Origin: a candidate division WOR-3 bacterium | Lineage (GTDB): Bacteria; Hydrothermota; Tepidihabitantia; Tepidihabitantales; Tepidihabitantaceae | Length of the DNA: 56,809 bases | Direction: 5' to 3' | Assembly (NCBI GenBank): GCA_965648935.1 | Contig: CBFGIY010000004.1 | Span: 1 to 56,809, forward strand | Shown: piece by piece, positions 34,950 through 43,701 of the stretch | Layout: the number at the start of each line of letters is the position of its first letter | Position numbering within the stretch: position 1 is the stretch's first letter | Notes under the pieces: model-generated | Databases searched by the model: none | What the model was told of the DNA's origin: nothing | Seen by the model: only the letters and a program-made list of their open reading frames with translations | Made by a program: the position numbers and the translations under genes

Positions 34950-35423
34950 TTGCGGCACGGAGACAAGGTCAGGAAACTCGGCCGGCGCGTGAACCTGCGC
35001 ACCGCGCTGTTGCGCAACCTCGTCATCGCCCTGTTCACCCACGAGCGCATCCGGACCACCCTGCCCAAGGCCAGGGAGGCCGGTCGGCTGGCCGAAAGGC
35101 TCATCGCCTACGCCCGCAAGAACGATCTCGCGGCGCGGCGCGAAGCGGCGCGCGTCATCACAGACAAGACGTTGCTCAAGAAGCTGTTCGACAGCATCGG
35201 GCCGCGCTTCGCGGACCGGCCCGGCGGCTGCACCCGCGTGCTGCGGCTCGGGCCGCGGCCGGGCGATGCCGCCGAGATGGCGCTTCTTGAGCTCGTCGTT
35301 CGCGAGGAGACCCACAAGGAGAAGCAGGCCCGGGCCAAGGCCGCCAAGGAGAAGGGCGGCCGCAAGCCCAAGGCCGACAAGAAGCCGGCCGAGCCCAAGG
35401 GCCGCGCCAAGACCAAAGAGTAG
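34950..35423 (+). CDS. rplQ: 50S ribosomal protein L17 with a lysine-rich C-terminal tail
   Basis: (M)RHGDKVRKLGRRVNLRTALLRNLVIALFTHERIRTTLPKA. TTG start. The last 40 aa or so are K/A/E-rich. Confidence 0.94.
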   Translation: MRHGDKVRKLGRRVNLRTALLRNLVIALFTHERIRTTLPKAREAGRLAERLIAYARKNDLAARREAARVITDKTLLKKLFDSIGPRFADRPGGCTRVLRLGPRPGDAAEMALLELVVREETHKEKQARAKAAKEKGGRKPKADKKPAEPKGRAKTKE

Positions 35424-35529
35424 CCGGCCCGTGGTCGAGAGACCGGGTGAGTCGTCCTCGGCCCGGCAAGAGACCGAGCAGCGGCAGCAGGATGAAGACG
35501 CCTGCTGCCGCGCCGCTTCAGCAGTCAGC

Positions 35530-36270
35530 ATGACCGCGGTGATCCTGGCCGCGGGCCAGAGCAAGCGGATGCGCGCGGGCACGCCCAAGGTGCTGCTGCC
35601 GGCTGCGGGCCGACCGCTTGTCGCCTACGTGATTGACGCGGCGCGCGCGGCCGGGGCGACCAGGATTGCACTGGTCGTGGGCGCCGGGCGCGAACTGGTG
35701 ACCGCGGCGCTGGCCGGGCAGGGACTGGAGTTCGTTGTTCAGGCGGCGCCGAGGGGAACGGCCGACGCCGTGCTGGCCTGCCGCGACATCCTGTCGCCCG
35801 ACGATGAAATAGTGGTGCTCTGCGGCGATGCGCCGCTGGTCACGGCCGAGTCAATCCGCCGCCTGCGCGATGGGCGGGCCGCGAGCCGGGCCGACATCGC
35901 CGTGCTCACTGCGCTGCTTGACGATCCGGGCGCGTACGGCCGCATCATCCGGCGCGCCGACGGCGCGGTCGAGAGGATTGTCGAGAAGCGCGACGCCGCG
36001 CCGGGCGAGCTGGCCGTGCGCGAGGTCAACTCGGGCTGCTATTCGTTCCGGTGGGGCAGGGTACTGCCGTGCCTGGAGCGCATCAAGCCGAGCCCGGTAT
36101 CAGGCGAGCTTTACTTGACCGATGTCGTTGCCGAAGTCAACAGCGAAGGCGGCCGCGTCGTGCCAGTCGTGGCGGCAGACCCGGCCGAGATGATGGGCGC
36201 CAACACCCCCGAGGACCTTGCCGCGGTCGAGGCGGCGCTGCGCGCGAGGGCAGCAAGGGGGACCGGGTGA
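35530..36270 (+). CDS. sugar-1-phosphate nucleotidyltransferase resembling the GlmU N-terminal (uridyltransferase) domain only
   Basis: MTAVILAAGQSKRMRAGTPKVLLPAAGRPLV...QAAPRGTADAV...VLCGDAPLV...NSGCY...GELYLTDV. At 246 aa it has no left-handed beta-helix acetyltransferase half. The start is trimmed from 35266 to ATG 35530. Confidence 0.7.
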   Translation: MTAVILAAGQSKRMRAGTPKVLLPAAGRPLVAYVIDAARAAGATRIALVVGAGRELVTAALAGQGLEFVVQAAPRGTADAVLACRDILSPDDEIVVLCGDAPLVTAESIRRLRDGRAASRADIAVLTALLDDPGAYGRIIRRADGAVERIVEKRDAAPGELAVREVNSGCYSFRWGRVLPCLERIKPSPVSGELYLTDVVAEVNSEGGRVVPVVAADPAEMMGANTPEDLAAVEAALRARAARGTG

Positions 36271-36725
36271 GGCGCGCGCTGCCGTGGATTCTGCTGATTG
36301 TAGTCGTGCTGGGAGTCGGGCTCTCGATAGCCTGGCGTTTTCGGCCGCGGATTGAGCAAGTTGACTTCAATCGCGAGGCGCTGCGGATGGAGGTGCTGAA
36401 CGGCTGCGGCGAGGCGCGGCTCGCCCGGGCCGTGGCCGACGAGCTGCAGACACGCGGGTACAACGTCTACTCGACCGGGGATGCGCAGCGGCGTACCGAG
36501 AAGACGACGGTGGTCGACCTGCGCGACCCCACGGGCGCGGCCGCCGGGCTCGTGGCGCGCGCGCTCGGGGTCGAGGCGCAGAGCCGGATATGGGACATCC
36601 CGCTGGCCGCGGCGGTGGGCCCTCTGGTCGCAGTCGAGGTCGACTCGTCACGCTACCTCGAGTTGCGGCTTGTGCTGGGTAGCGACTGGCAGCGGTTCTT
36701 CCCGCAGGTGAGGCCGCTGCGCTAG
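36267..36725 (+). CDS. LytR C-terminal domain-containing membrane protein
   Basis: One TM segment (LPWILLIVVVLGVGLSI) followed by LRMEVLNGCGEARLARAVADELQTRGYNVYSTGDA. GTG start with a GTGA overlap. Confidence 0.65.
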   Translation: MRRALPWILLIVVVLGVGLSIAWRFRPRIEQVDFNREALRMEVLNGCGEARLARAVADELQTRGYNVYSTGDAQRRTEKTTVVDLRDPTGAAAGLVARALGVEAQSRIWDIPLAAAVGPLVAVEVDSSRYLELRLVLGSDWQRFFPQVRPLR

Positions 36726-36726
36726 G

Positions 36727-37104
36727 ATGAACGGACACGAACTGGCGCTCGCCGCCGCGCGCGTCTGCCGCGACAAGCTGGCCGACGACATAATGATGCT
36801 GGACCTGCGCGGCCATTCGGGGCTTGCCGACTGGTTCGTACTGGCCACGGCCGGCTCGACGGTCCATGCCCAGGCCGTGGCCCGGTCCGTCGCGGAGAAG
36901 CTCAGGGAACAGGGCGAGCGCGCGCATCACATCGAGGGCGAGGTGCCCGGCGATTGGATACTGCTTGACTACCTCGATGTCGTAGTGCATATTTTCACCG
37001 GTGAAGTTCGCCAGTTCTACGGTCTCGAGCGGTTGTGGGGAGACGTTCCCACCGAGCTTCTCGAGCAAGCCGACAGCAGTTCGAGCCAATCGGCCGGCCT
37101 CTAG
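36727..37104 (+). CDS. rsfS: ribosome silencing factor RsfS (iojap)
   Basis: ADDIMMLDLRGHSGLADWFVLATAGSTVHAQAV...WILLDYLDVVVHIF..EVRQFYGLERLWGD. Confidence 0.9.
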   Translation: MNGHELALAAARVCRDKLADDIMMLDLRGHSGLADWFVLATAGSTVHAQAVARSVAEKLREQGERAHHIEGEVPGDWILLDYLDVVVHIFTGEVRQFYGLERLWGDVPTELLEQADSSSSQSAGL

Positions 37105-37134
37105 CGGCCGGCTGCTTCTTTCAGGAGGTGTCTG

Positions 37135-37593
37135 TTGAATCTTACGTCCTTGCTCAGGCCGGACAGGATCAACCTGGACCTGAAGGCCAAGAAGAAGACC
37201 GATGTCCTGCGCGAGCTGGTCGCGACAGTGCGGGCAGGGGATGACGCCGAACTGCTGCAGCAGACCCTGCTCAAGCGCGAGGAACTCGGGTCGACCGGTA
37301 TCGGCAAGGGCATCGCGATTCCGCACGGGCGGTCACTGCTGATTGACAAGCTGGAGATGGCGGTCGGACGCTCGACCAAAGGTGTCGAGTACGATTCGAT
37401 CGACCGCAAGCCGGCGCACCTCTTTTTCCTCATCATGGCGCCGCCCCAGGATCCGGGCAACCAGTACCTCATAACGCTCGGCCGGGTCGCCATGGTGTGT
37501 CAGGAGCTGACCAAGAAGAAGCGCATCTTCGACCCGCAGACGCCCGAGGAGTTCATCGAACTGGTCCGTTCTCTGGAGGAGAAGATCCGATGA
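37135..37593 (+). CDS. ptsN: PTS EIIA(Ntr)-type nitrogen regulatory protein
   Basis: REELGSTGIGKGIAIPHGR, with the phospho-His context. 152 aa. AGGAGG lies 6 nt before TTG 37135. Confidence 0.85.
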   Translation: MNLTSLLRPDRINLDLKAKKKTDVLRELVATVRAGDDAELLQQTLLKREELGSTGIGKGIAIPHGRSLLIDKLEMAVGRSTKGVEYDSIDRKPAHLFFLIMAPPQDPGNQYLITLGRVAMVCQELTKKKRIFDPQTPEEFIELVRSLEEKIR

Positions 37594-37940
37594 ACCCGAA
37601 GGTTGAAACCCTCCGCTCGCTCGAGGAGTTCGACCACGTCCTGCGGGACATCGAGACCGAGGACTACCAGTCGGTCGGCTTCGGCGGAGTCAAGGCCTCG
37701 GAGGAGTTCATCAAGCTGGCCGAGCGCGAACGCGCCAAGCTGACCAAGAAGGTCGACCCGCGGCTGCTGGCGCAGTACGAGCGGATAATGAAGCGCTACG
37801 GCGGGCGCGTTGTCGTACAGGTCATCAAGGAGTTCTGCGGCGGCTGCTACGTCAAGCTGCCTTCAGAACTGGCCGCCCGCTGCCGCACCGAGCTGGTCAG
37901 CTGTCCCAACTGCGGCCGTTTTCTCTACTACGTGAAGTGA
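37590..37940 (+). CDS. C4 zinc-ribbon protein (COG1579-like C-terminal part)
   Basis: The C-terminus is CGGCYVKLPSELAARCRTELVSCPNCGRFLY. ATGA overlap with ptsN. Confidence 0.7.
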   Translation: MNPKVETLRSLEEFDHVLRDIETEDYQSVGFGGVKASEEFIKLAERERAKLTKKVDPRLLAQYERIMKRYGGRVVVQVIKEFCGGCYVKLPSELAARCRTELVSCPNCGRFLYYVK

Positions 37941-39901
37941 CCCCGGCCGCCGGGCCGGAAGCGCCCGAGGGGAGGGCTGTGTCCAGGCTTCGTCCGGTCC
38001 TGTTGTTTCTAGTCGCCGTCCTGGCCTGCCACCGGCCGGGCTGGGAGACCACGCTGACCGTGCCGGTCATGTCCCGCCGCTTCTCGATACAAGACCTCGG
38101 GTTCGTGCCGTTCATCGGCCATGTCCGGCCCGGTCCCAACGAAGTCCTTCAGTTCGACATCGATTACTCGCTGGACACGATCTGGGCCGATGAGCTGCTG
38201 GGCCGGTCTGCCGGCGAAGGCCGGACCGAGTTCATCCTGCCCGACTTCGTGATTTCGCCAGTCGGAACGGCGGCTTCGGCCCTGCCGGTCGGGCAACTGG
38301 TCGGTCTGCCGGTGCCCGACTCGGTCCTGACACCGGTGCCGCGGTTTGCGGCCGACACGCTGCTCGCCGCGACCATCACCGGCGTGGACTCGCTGTTCGT
38401 GGCGAGCGCCGTGGTCCGCATCCGGGTTGACAACCGCACCGACCTTGACTTCGATTCTGTCCGCGTCGAGCTTCCCGGTGTCGGTGCGCCGGCGTTCGCC
38501 GCCGCGGTGCCGGCTCGCTCCAGCGGCGTCCGGCGCAGCGTGGCAGCGGCGGTGCTCATGACATCGTGCCTGCCGATTTCGGTTCGGGCTGTCTGTCCCG
38601 GCAGCGGCGGGCAGCCGGTCTGGCTCCGGGCGCGGGATTCGGTGATTGTGACCGTTACCGTCGACTCGCTGAGGGCTGAATGGGGTCGGCTGTCGCTTGG
38701 ACAGCACGCCGGCGCCGAAGCGGTGCGCTTCGACACGCTCTATCTTAGCGGCCGGCATCGCATCAGGATCGATTCGGCGCACCTGGCCAGCGGCATCGTG
38801 ACGGTCGCACTGGCCAATGACCTGCCGTTCGGGGTGCGCTGTTCGCTGGCACTGGAGGAGGTCGGTCAGACCCACATGCTTGACCTCGGCGCGCGCGATT
38901 CGCTGGGCTGGCTGGTGAGCCTGAACGATGCCGTGTACCGGAACATCAACCGGGATTCGAGCCAGCTGACTCTCGCCTGCCGGGTCAGCGGCCGACTGAC
39001 CGGCGAACCGGTCGAACTGGGACCAGACGACGGGCTCAGGGTCGCGATGCAGGCAGAGAGCGTTGGCTTCAGCTACGCTCAGGGCCGCGTGCTCGATACC
39101 ATATGGAGTTCGTTGCTCAGCGACAGCCTGTTCTGGTCGGTGCCGGAGTCGCTGCGCGGGCTACCGGTGCGCCTGAGCTCGGTCAGGCTGATCGGTCGAG
39201 CCTTCTCCGCCTTCAATGCCGTTGGCGTGTTCGAGACTGAGTTCGCGGCGCGGGCACCGGGCGGCGCTACCGCGGTCGAATCGCTGCGCTTCAGCCTGGC
39301 CGCGGGCACGCCCGAGCAGCCGATGGGCACCGGGTTCGAGTGCGAGATCGCGCCGCTGCTCAACATCGTGCCGGATCGTCTGAGCGTCAGCGGCCGGGTC
39401 GGCGTGTTTGGAGCGGTCGAGCTCTGGGACCGGTCCTGGGTCACGAGCCATGGCTCAGCTGTGGTGCCGCTTCGGCTCAAACTGATGCCTTTCACGTACT
39501 CGGTCGGACCCTGGGCCGTGCCGCTGGATTCCGCGTTGCGCAGGTTCACCCGGAGCTACATCCGCGGCGCCGAGCTTGAAGCCGGAATGTCGAACCATCT
39601 TCCTCTCAGCGTCCGGGCCGAGATTCTGCTCTGGTCGGCCGGGCAGGATACTGCGCGCGTACCGATATCGCTGCCGGCGCCCCGCCTGGAGCCATCCGGC
39701 GGCTGGGTTATGGCGCCGCTGGATACACTGGTTAGAGCCGGGCTCGACAGTATCGGAGTGCAGGTTGTCGCGCAGGAGCCGTGCAGCGCGAAGCTCAGGC
39801 TGTACTTCGAGGAAACCGACACCGTCGCGCTGCGTTCGGTCGACTACTTCGAGGTCTCGCCCGCTCTGCTGCGTCTTGACGTGGACATACAGGAACGCTG
39901 A
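37937..39901 (+). CDS. hypothetical lipoprotein, 654 aa
   Basis: RPVLLFLVAVLAC lipobox-like signal. I recognise no family. GTGA overlap with the upstream gene. Confidence 0.5.
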   Translation: MTPAAGPEAPEGRAVSRLRPVLLFLVAVLACHRPGWETTLTVPVMSRRFSIQDLGFVPFIGHVRPGPNEVLQFDIDYSLDTIWADELLGRSAGEGRTEFILPDFVISPVGTAASALPVGQLVGLPVPDSVLTPVPRFAADTLLAATITGVDSLFVASAVVRIRVDNRTDLDFDSVRVELPGVGAPAFAAAVPARSSGVRRSVAAAVLMTSCLPISVRAVCPGSGGQPVWLRARDSVIVTVTVDSLRAEWGRLSLGQHAGAEAVRFDTLYLSGRHRIRIDSAHLASGIVTVALANDLPFGVRCSLALEEVGQTHMLDLGARDSLGWLVSLNDAVYRNINRDSSQLTLACRVSGRLTGEPVELGPDDGLRVAMQAESVGFSYAQGRVLDTIWSSLLSDSLFWSVPESLRGLPVRLSSVRLIGRAFSAFNAVGVFETEFAARAPGGATAVESLRFSLAAGTPEQPMGTGFECEIAPLLNIVPDRLSVSGRVGVFGAVELWDRSWVTSHGSAVVPLRLKLMPFTYSVGPWAVPLDSALRRFTRSYIRGAELEAGMSNHLPLSVRAEILLWSAGQDTARVPISLPAPRLEPSGGWVMAPLDTLVRAGLDSIGVQVVAQEPCSAKLRLYFEETDTVALRSVDYFEVSPALLRLDVDIQER

Positions 39902-39926
39902 TGAGTGCCGGCGTGCGATTGCGTCA

Positions 39927-41207
39927 TTGTGTTGTAGTGCCGGCCGGTGGAGCGGCCGGGTCAGACCGCGACACGGGCGGTGCCGAAGACTCGTGATCCT
40001 GCTGTTGATTCTCGCGCTGTGGGATCCGACGCTGTCGGGCGCTTTGCCCGATCCGGTACTGAGCAGCGGGTGCGATGCGGTCGCGGATAACCCCGCCCTC
40101 CTCGGGCTGGACAGCGCGCCGCCGGCATCGTTCCGTTTCCTGGGGTTCGGCGCAGGCGGACAGAGCGACGCTCTCACCCTGCCTTTCCTGTATCGCATCG
40201 CCACGACCCCGGTGCATCTGGACAGCGCCGCCAAGCAAGGATTGCTTGAGCGGATGGCCGACCGGTCGGGCAGTATTCTGACCGGCACCGAACTCAAGGT
40301 AGTTCACTTCCAAGCGTGGCACTTCGGCGGCGGGGTGACCCTTCAGGACCGCGTCAGAACGACCATACCGCGTGATGTCGCCGAACTCGTGTTCTTCGGC
40401 AACGAGCTCGGGCGGACCTACCTGCTCGACGGCATCGGACAGGATACGCTCCAGGTCCTGCGCGTTGCCGGTGCCGCCGGGTTTCCCATTCTGACCGCAG
40501 AGCGTCTCAAGGTGCACGCAGGCATCTCTGCGTCATGGCTGCGCGGGTTCGGATACGCAGAGGTGCTTCACTCCGCGGGCTGGCTGCTGACCACGGACCG
40601 GTACGCCTCGCTTAGCTACGAGCGTCAGACACGCCGCGCAAGCGGTGGCGACGGTGTCGCGCTGGGCTATGGCATTGCCATTGAGCTCGATTCACAGTGG
40701 CGCGCGGCCGCCGCTCTGGCCGATGCGCCGGGCGTGATATGGTGGTCCAGAGGATGCTTCAGACGCGACTATGCAGTCGCCGGTGATTCAATCAGCGTCC
40801 TGCGCCTCCTGCAACTCGGCAGTCTGGACTCGGTGTTGCTCGCGCGTGACACGACGCAGCCCACAGCCGGATTCGCGACCGCGTTGTCGCCGCGGTTCAG
40901 CCTGGGCGTGGGTTTTGTCGGCAGCGATGTGGTCCGGGCAGGGCTGGTCGCCGCTGCCGGCGGCGGCAGCGCGGGTGTTGAAGTGCCCGGCAGCTTCGCG
41001 GCTGCCCGGGTGATGCTGCGCGTGTTGCGCACTGCCGCGGTCGGTGCCGATGTCGGCTGGCGCTCCGGCGCCGGACCGTTCGGTCAGGTCGCCCTTGGCG
41101 GCAGGTTCCACGGACTGACTGCGGCGCTCACTCTGGGCGCTTCGCTGGGTACGTCAGCCGCGGTGAACGACGCCAGCGCTGGCTTGAGTCTCGGCTATAC
41201 CTACTGA
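39927..41207 (+). CDS. hypothetical outer-membrane beta-barrel-like protein
   Basis: Signal-like RRLVILLLILALWDPTLSGA, an early NPALLG motif as seen in FadL/PorP-like barrels, G/A-rich alternating strands, and a C-terminal aromatic LSLGYTY. The start is uncertain (TTG 39927 or GTG 39993). Confidence 0.45.
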   Translation: MCCSAGRWSGRVRPRHGRCRRLVILLLILALWDPTLSGALPDPVLSSGCDAVADNPALLGLDSAPPASFRFLGFGAGGQSDALTLPFLYRIATTPVHLDSAAKQGLLERMADRSGSILTGTELKVVHFQAWHFGGGVTLQDRVRTTIPRDVAELVFFGNELGRTYLLDGIGQDTLQVLRVAGAAGFPILTAERLKVHAGISASWLRGFGYAEVLHSAGWLLTTDRYASLSYERQTRRASGGDGVALGYGIAIELDSQWRAAAALADAPGVIWWSRGCFRRDYAVAGDSISVLRLLQLGSLDSVLLARDTTQPTAGFATALSPRFSLGVGFVGSDVVRAGLVAAAGGGSAGVEVPGSFAAARVMLRVLRTAAVGADVGWRSGAGPFGQVALGGRFHGLTAALTLGASLGTSAAVNDASAGLSLGYTY

Positions 41208-41215
41208 CCCGAGGG

Positions 41216-41974
41216 ATGCTGGCACTTCTGCTCTGCGCGGCATTCGAGTACGCCAGTTGGACTGCACCGGTCGCAACCGGCCTGGCCGGGGTGAGGTTAC
41301 AGAACTGGCGTCTTGCCCGGGCCAGTCCGGCGCAGTCGGCATCGGCGCCGCGGTTCGCCGGCCTGGTCGGATATTCGCGGCCGTTTGGCCTGGCCGGTCT
41401 GGACTGCGGTCGTGTCGCTCTGGCCGGGCGCGTTGGTCCACTCGGCCTCTTTGGCGGGGTGGAGGCGTTGCATCTTGCCGGCTACAGCGAGAGCGACTTC
41501 CATCTCGCGGTCGGCACAGAGGTGGGCACTCTGGCGGTGGGTACCGGCCTCCACCTGTACTTGCTCGGTGACCAGCAGAGAGGCGGTGTGGTCTCGCCTG
41601 GCTTCGACATTGGTGCGCGCTGGCGCACAGAGCGATTCGCCGCAGGCATCGACGCTCTGCGGCTGAATTCACCACGGCTGGCTGGGGACGAGCTGCCCGC
41701 GCGGCTGGTCCTGTCCGGCTCCTGGCAGCCGGTGCCGCAGTTTGCCGCAATGGGCGAATTGAGCCGGGAGAGCGGCGGCGAGGATGCCGCCTTGTCCTGC
41801 GAGTTTCGTCCGGTCGAGGCGGTCGGGTTGAGAGCCGGGATCGCTGTCCTGCCGATGCGCTACGCGGCCGGCATCGGCGTGGCGCTTAGCCGGTTTGACC
41901 TGGGCTATTGCTACGAGTTGAATCCGGCAATCGGTTCGAATCACCTCGTTGAGTTAGTGGTTTCGTGGCAGTAG
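41216..41974 (+). CDS. hypothetical small outer-membrane beta-barrel-like protein
   Basis: 252 aa with a short hydrophobic N-terminus, repeated G-rich strand pairs, and a C-terminus HLVELVVSWQ. Confidence 0.45.
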   Translation: MLALLLCAAFEYASWTAPVATGLAGVRLQNWRLARASPAQSASAPRFAGLVGYSRPFGLAGLDCGRVALAGRVGPLGLFGGVEALHLAGYSESDFHLAVGTEVGTLAVGTGLHLYLLGDQQRGGVVSPGFDIGARWRTERFAAGIDALRLNSPRLAGDELPARLVLSGSWQPVPQFAAMGELSRESGGEDAALSCEFRPVEAVGLRAGIAVLPMRYAAGIGVALSRFDLGYCYELNPAIGSNHLVELVVSWQ

Positions 41975-43701
41975 CTCTTGTTCTTGTTTGCTTCGCGCCG
42001 GGACTGCTCGAAGCACACGGCCCACCAGTGCTTGAGGATGATCTGGCCTGGCTGGCCGAAGCCGAGGCATTGCTGGCCGCACCGATGGACGTCAATTCGG
42101 TCAGGCTGGAAGATTTGCTCACGATTCCATGGTTACGGCCGTCTGTGGCGGCCGCGATAGTGAGGGCTCGCGACTCGCTCGGCCGTTTTGAGAGCTTGCG
42201 ACAGCTTGCAGACGTGCCCGGAATCGATCAATCGACGCTTGCCGTACTGGAGGTCCTGCCTCGTTCAGCGCAGATGCCTGTTCGCGCCATGATGACAGCG
42301 GGTGCAGCAACCGATTCTTTGCATGGAGGGTGGCGCAGCCTCAGTAGCATTGTCAGGCTGAGGGCTTCTGCGCAACCCTGGGATGCTTCTCTGCTGGCTG
42401 AGAAAGACCCGGGCGAGGCGAGCTGGGCAGACTATGTTGCGGCCGGGGTGGAGTATCGTCTGCCGCGACTGAGGATGTTGTTAGGGAACTTCACGCTGGC
42501 CTGCGGGCAGGGCCTTGTGCTCAGCGGTCCAGCCGGGCGCAGTCGCTATGGTCCGGGCAACGCTGGTGCAGGTAGGGTCTTGAGGCTTGCCACCAGCGTC
42601 GACGAGACGCGCTATCTGCGCGGGGTCGGTGTCGCCCGGGAGTCGGGGCGCGCGAGTCTGCAGGTGTGCTTGTCATCGGCCGCGCGTGACGCCAGGCTCG
42701 GACCGGATGGCAGCGTGGTCGCGTTCCGGCCAGGCGGACGGCACGACGATTCGGCATCGCTGGCGCAGAGGCGGCAAGTCGCCGAGTGGTCGGCCGCGGT
42801 CGCCGGGGGCGTCGCCATGACGGGTTGGGGTCTGGGCGGCTGCATTGCCGCCAGCCGGTTCGACCGCACCGTCGCGCCCCCCGATACGCTGTACGCGTTT
42901 GTCGGCCGCGACCTGGTGGCGGGCTCGGTGTCTGCCGGTGGCAGGGTCGGCCCGTACCAATTGGGCGTGGAGCTGGCTGGTTCAACGCCGCGCGGGCTCG
43001 CGGTCGCGACCTTCATTGACGGCACTTGGCAAGACCTGGATGCTGAGGCGACGGTGCGCTGGCGCTCGGACCGGTTCTTCGCGCCATACGGCCGCTGGAC
43101 GGCGCTTTCTGGCAGGCGTCGTCGGTTTGACGGGTCTGGAAACCTGCGCTATCGACTTGCGCCCGCTACGATTGGCGTTTCCGGCTCCACGTATCGCGAT
43201 TCCGATGCTGAGTCGCTGCCGGGGAGGCTCGAAGCGGTGGTCCAGCAGGACCTGGGGCGGGTCGACCTGGAGTTGCGTGCCGGGCAGCGGTACCGCGGCA
43301 ATCTCCCGACTTTGACCACCACTCGACTCACGGCGCGCATCAGGGCAAGTTCGGCCTGGTCAGCACAGGCTGTGGTTGCCTATGAGGCTGAGCCGAGATC
43401 GGGCGGGAGCGGGATGGTGACCGGACTGCGCGCCTGGGGCAAGACTGGCCCTGTTCGACTCGGTGTGGCCGCCGCGCGCTTCACCATCCCGGGTGGGGAT
43501 GTCCGGATGAGCTGGTATGAGCCGGGTCCACGTCGCACTGGCCGTTCTTTCTCAGCAGACACCAGCTGTTGGCGTGTTGCGGCAACAGCCGGTGTGGAGT
43601 TGCGTCAATTGCGCTTGGCCTGCGGCGTTGCCGGCTCACCGTTGGGGCCAGCCCGAGCAGAGCTGTCGGCCGAGGTCGAGGTGGGACTCAAACGTGGTTG
43701 A
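41965..43701 (+). CDS. ComEA-like helix-hairpin-helix domain fused to a large beta-rich (barrel-like) region
   Basis: An N-terminal signal, then VNSVRLEDLLTIPWLRPSVAAAIVRARDSLGRFESLRQLADVPGIDQSTLAVL (HhH pair). About 450 aa of R/G-rich alternating strands follow. Confidence 0.55.
   Translation: MAVALVLVCFAPGLLEAHGPPVLEDDLAWLAEAEALLAAPMDVNSVRLEDLLTIPWLRPSVAAAIVRARDSLGRFESLRQLADVPGIDQSTLAVLEVLPRSAQMPVRAMMTAGAATDSLHGGWRSLSSIVRLRASAQPWDASLLAEKDPGEASWADYVAAGVEYRLPRLRMLLGNFTLACGQGLVLSGPAGRSRYGPGNAGAGRVLRLATSVDETRYLRGVGVARESGRASLQVCLSSAARDARLGPDGSVVAFRPGGRHDDSASLAQRRQVAEWSAAVAGGVAMTGWGLGGCIAASRFDRTVAPPDTLYAFVGRDLVAGSVSAGGRVGPYQLGVELAGSTPRGLAVATFIDGTWQDLDAEATVRWRSDRFFAPYGRWTALSGRRRRFDGSGNLRYRLAPATIGVSGSTYRDSDAESLPGRLEAVVQQDLGRVDLELRAGQRYRGNLPTLTTTRLTARIRASSAWSAQAVVAYEAEPRSGGSGMVTGLRAWGKTGPVRLGVAAARFTIPGGDVRMSWYEPGPRRTGRSFSADTSCWRVAATAGVELRQLRLACGVAGSPLGPARAELSAEVEVGLKRG

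Noticed and set aside
33705-35588. 627-aa ORF antisense to rpsD, rpoA and rplQ
   Set aside because: It is opposite three highly conserved ribosomal/RNAP genes, and its translation is low-complexity (L/G/R/A).
39901-39996. ATG 39901 opening a 31-aa ORF right after the 654-aa gene
   Set aside because: It is too short, out of frame with the downstream barrel-like ORF, and has no motifs. The downstream gene more likely starts at TTG 39927 or GTG 39993.
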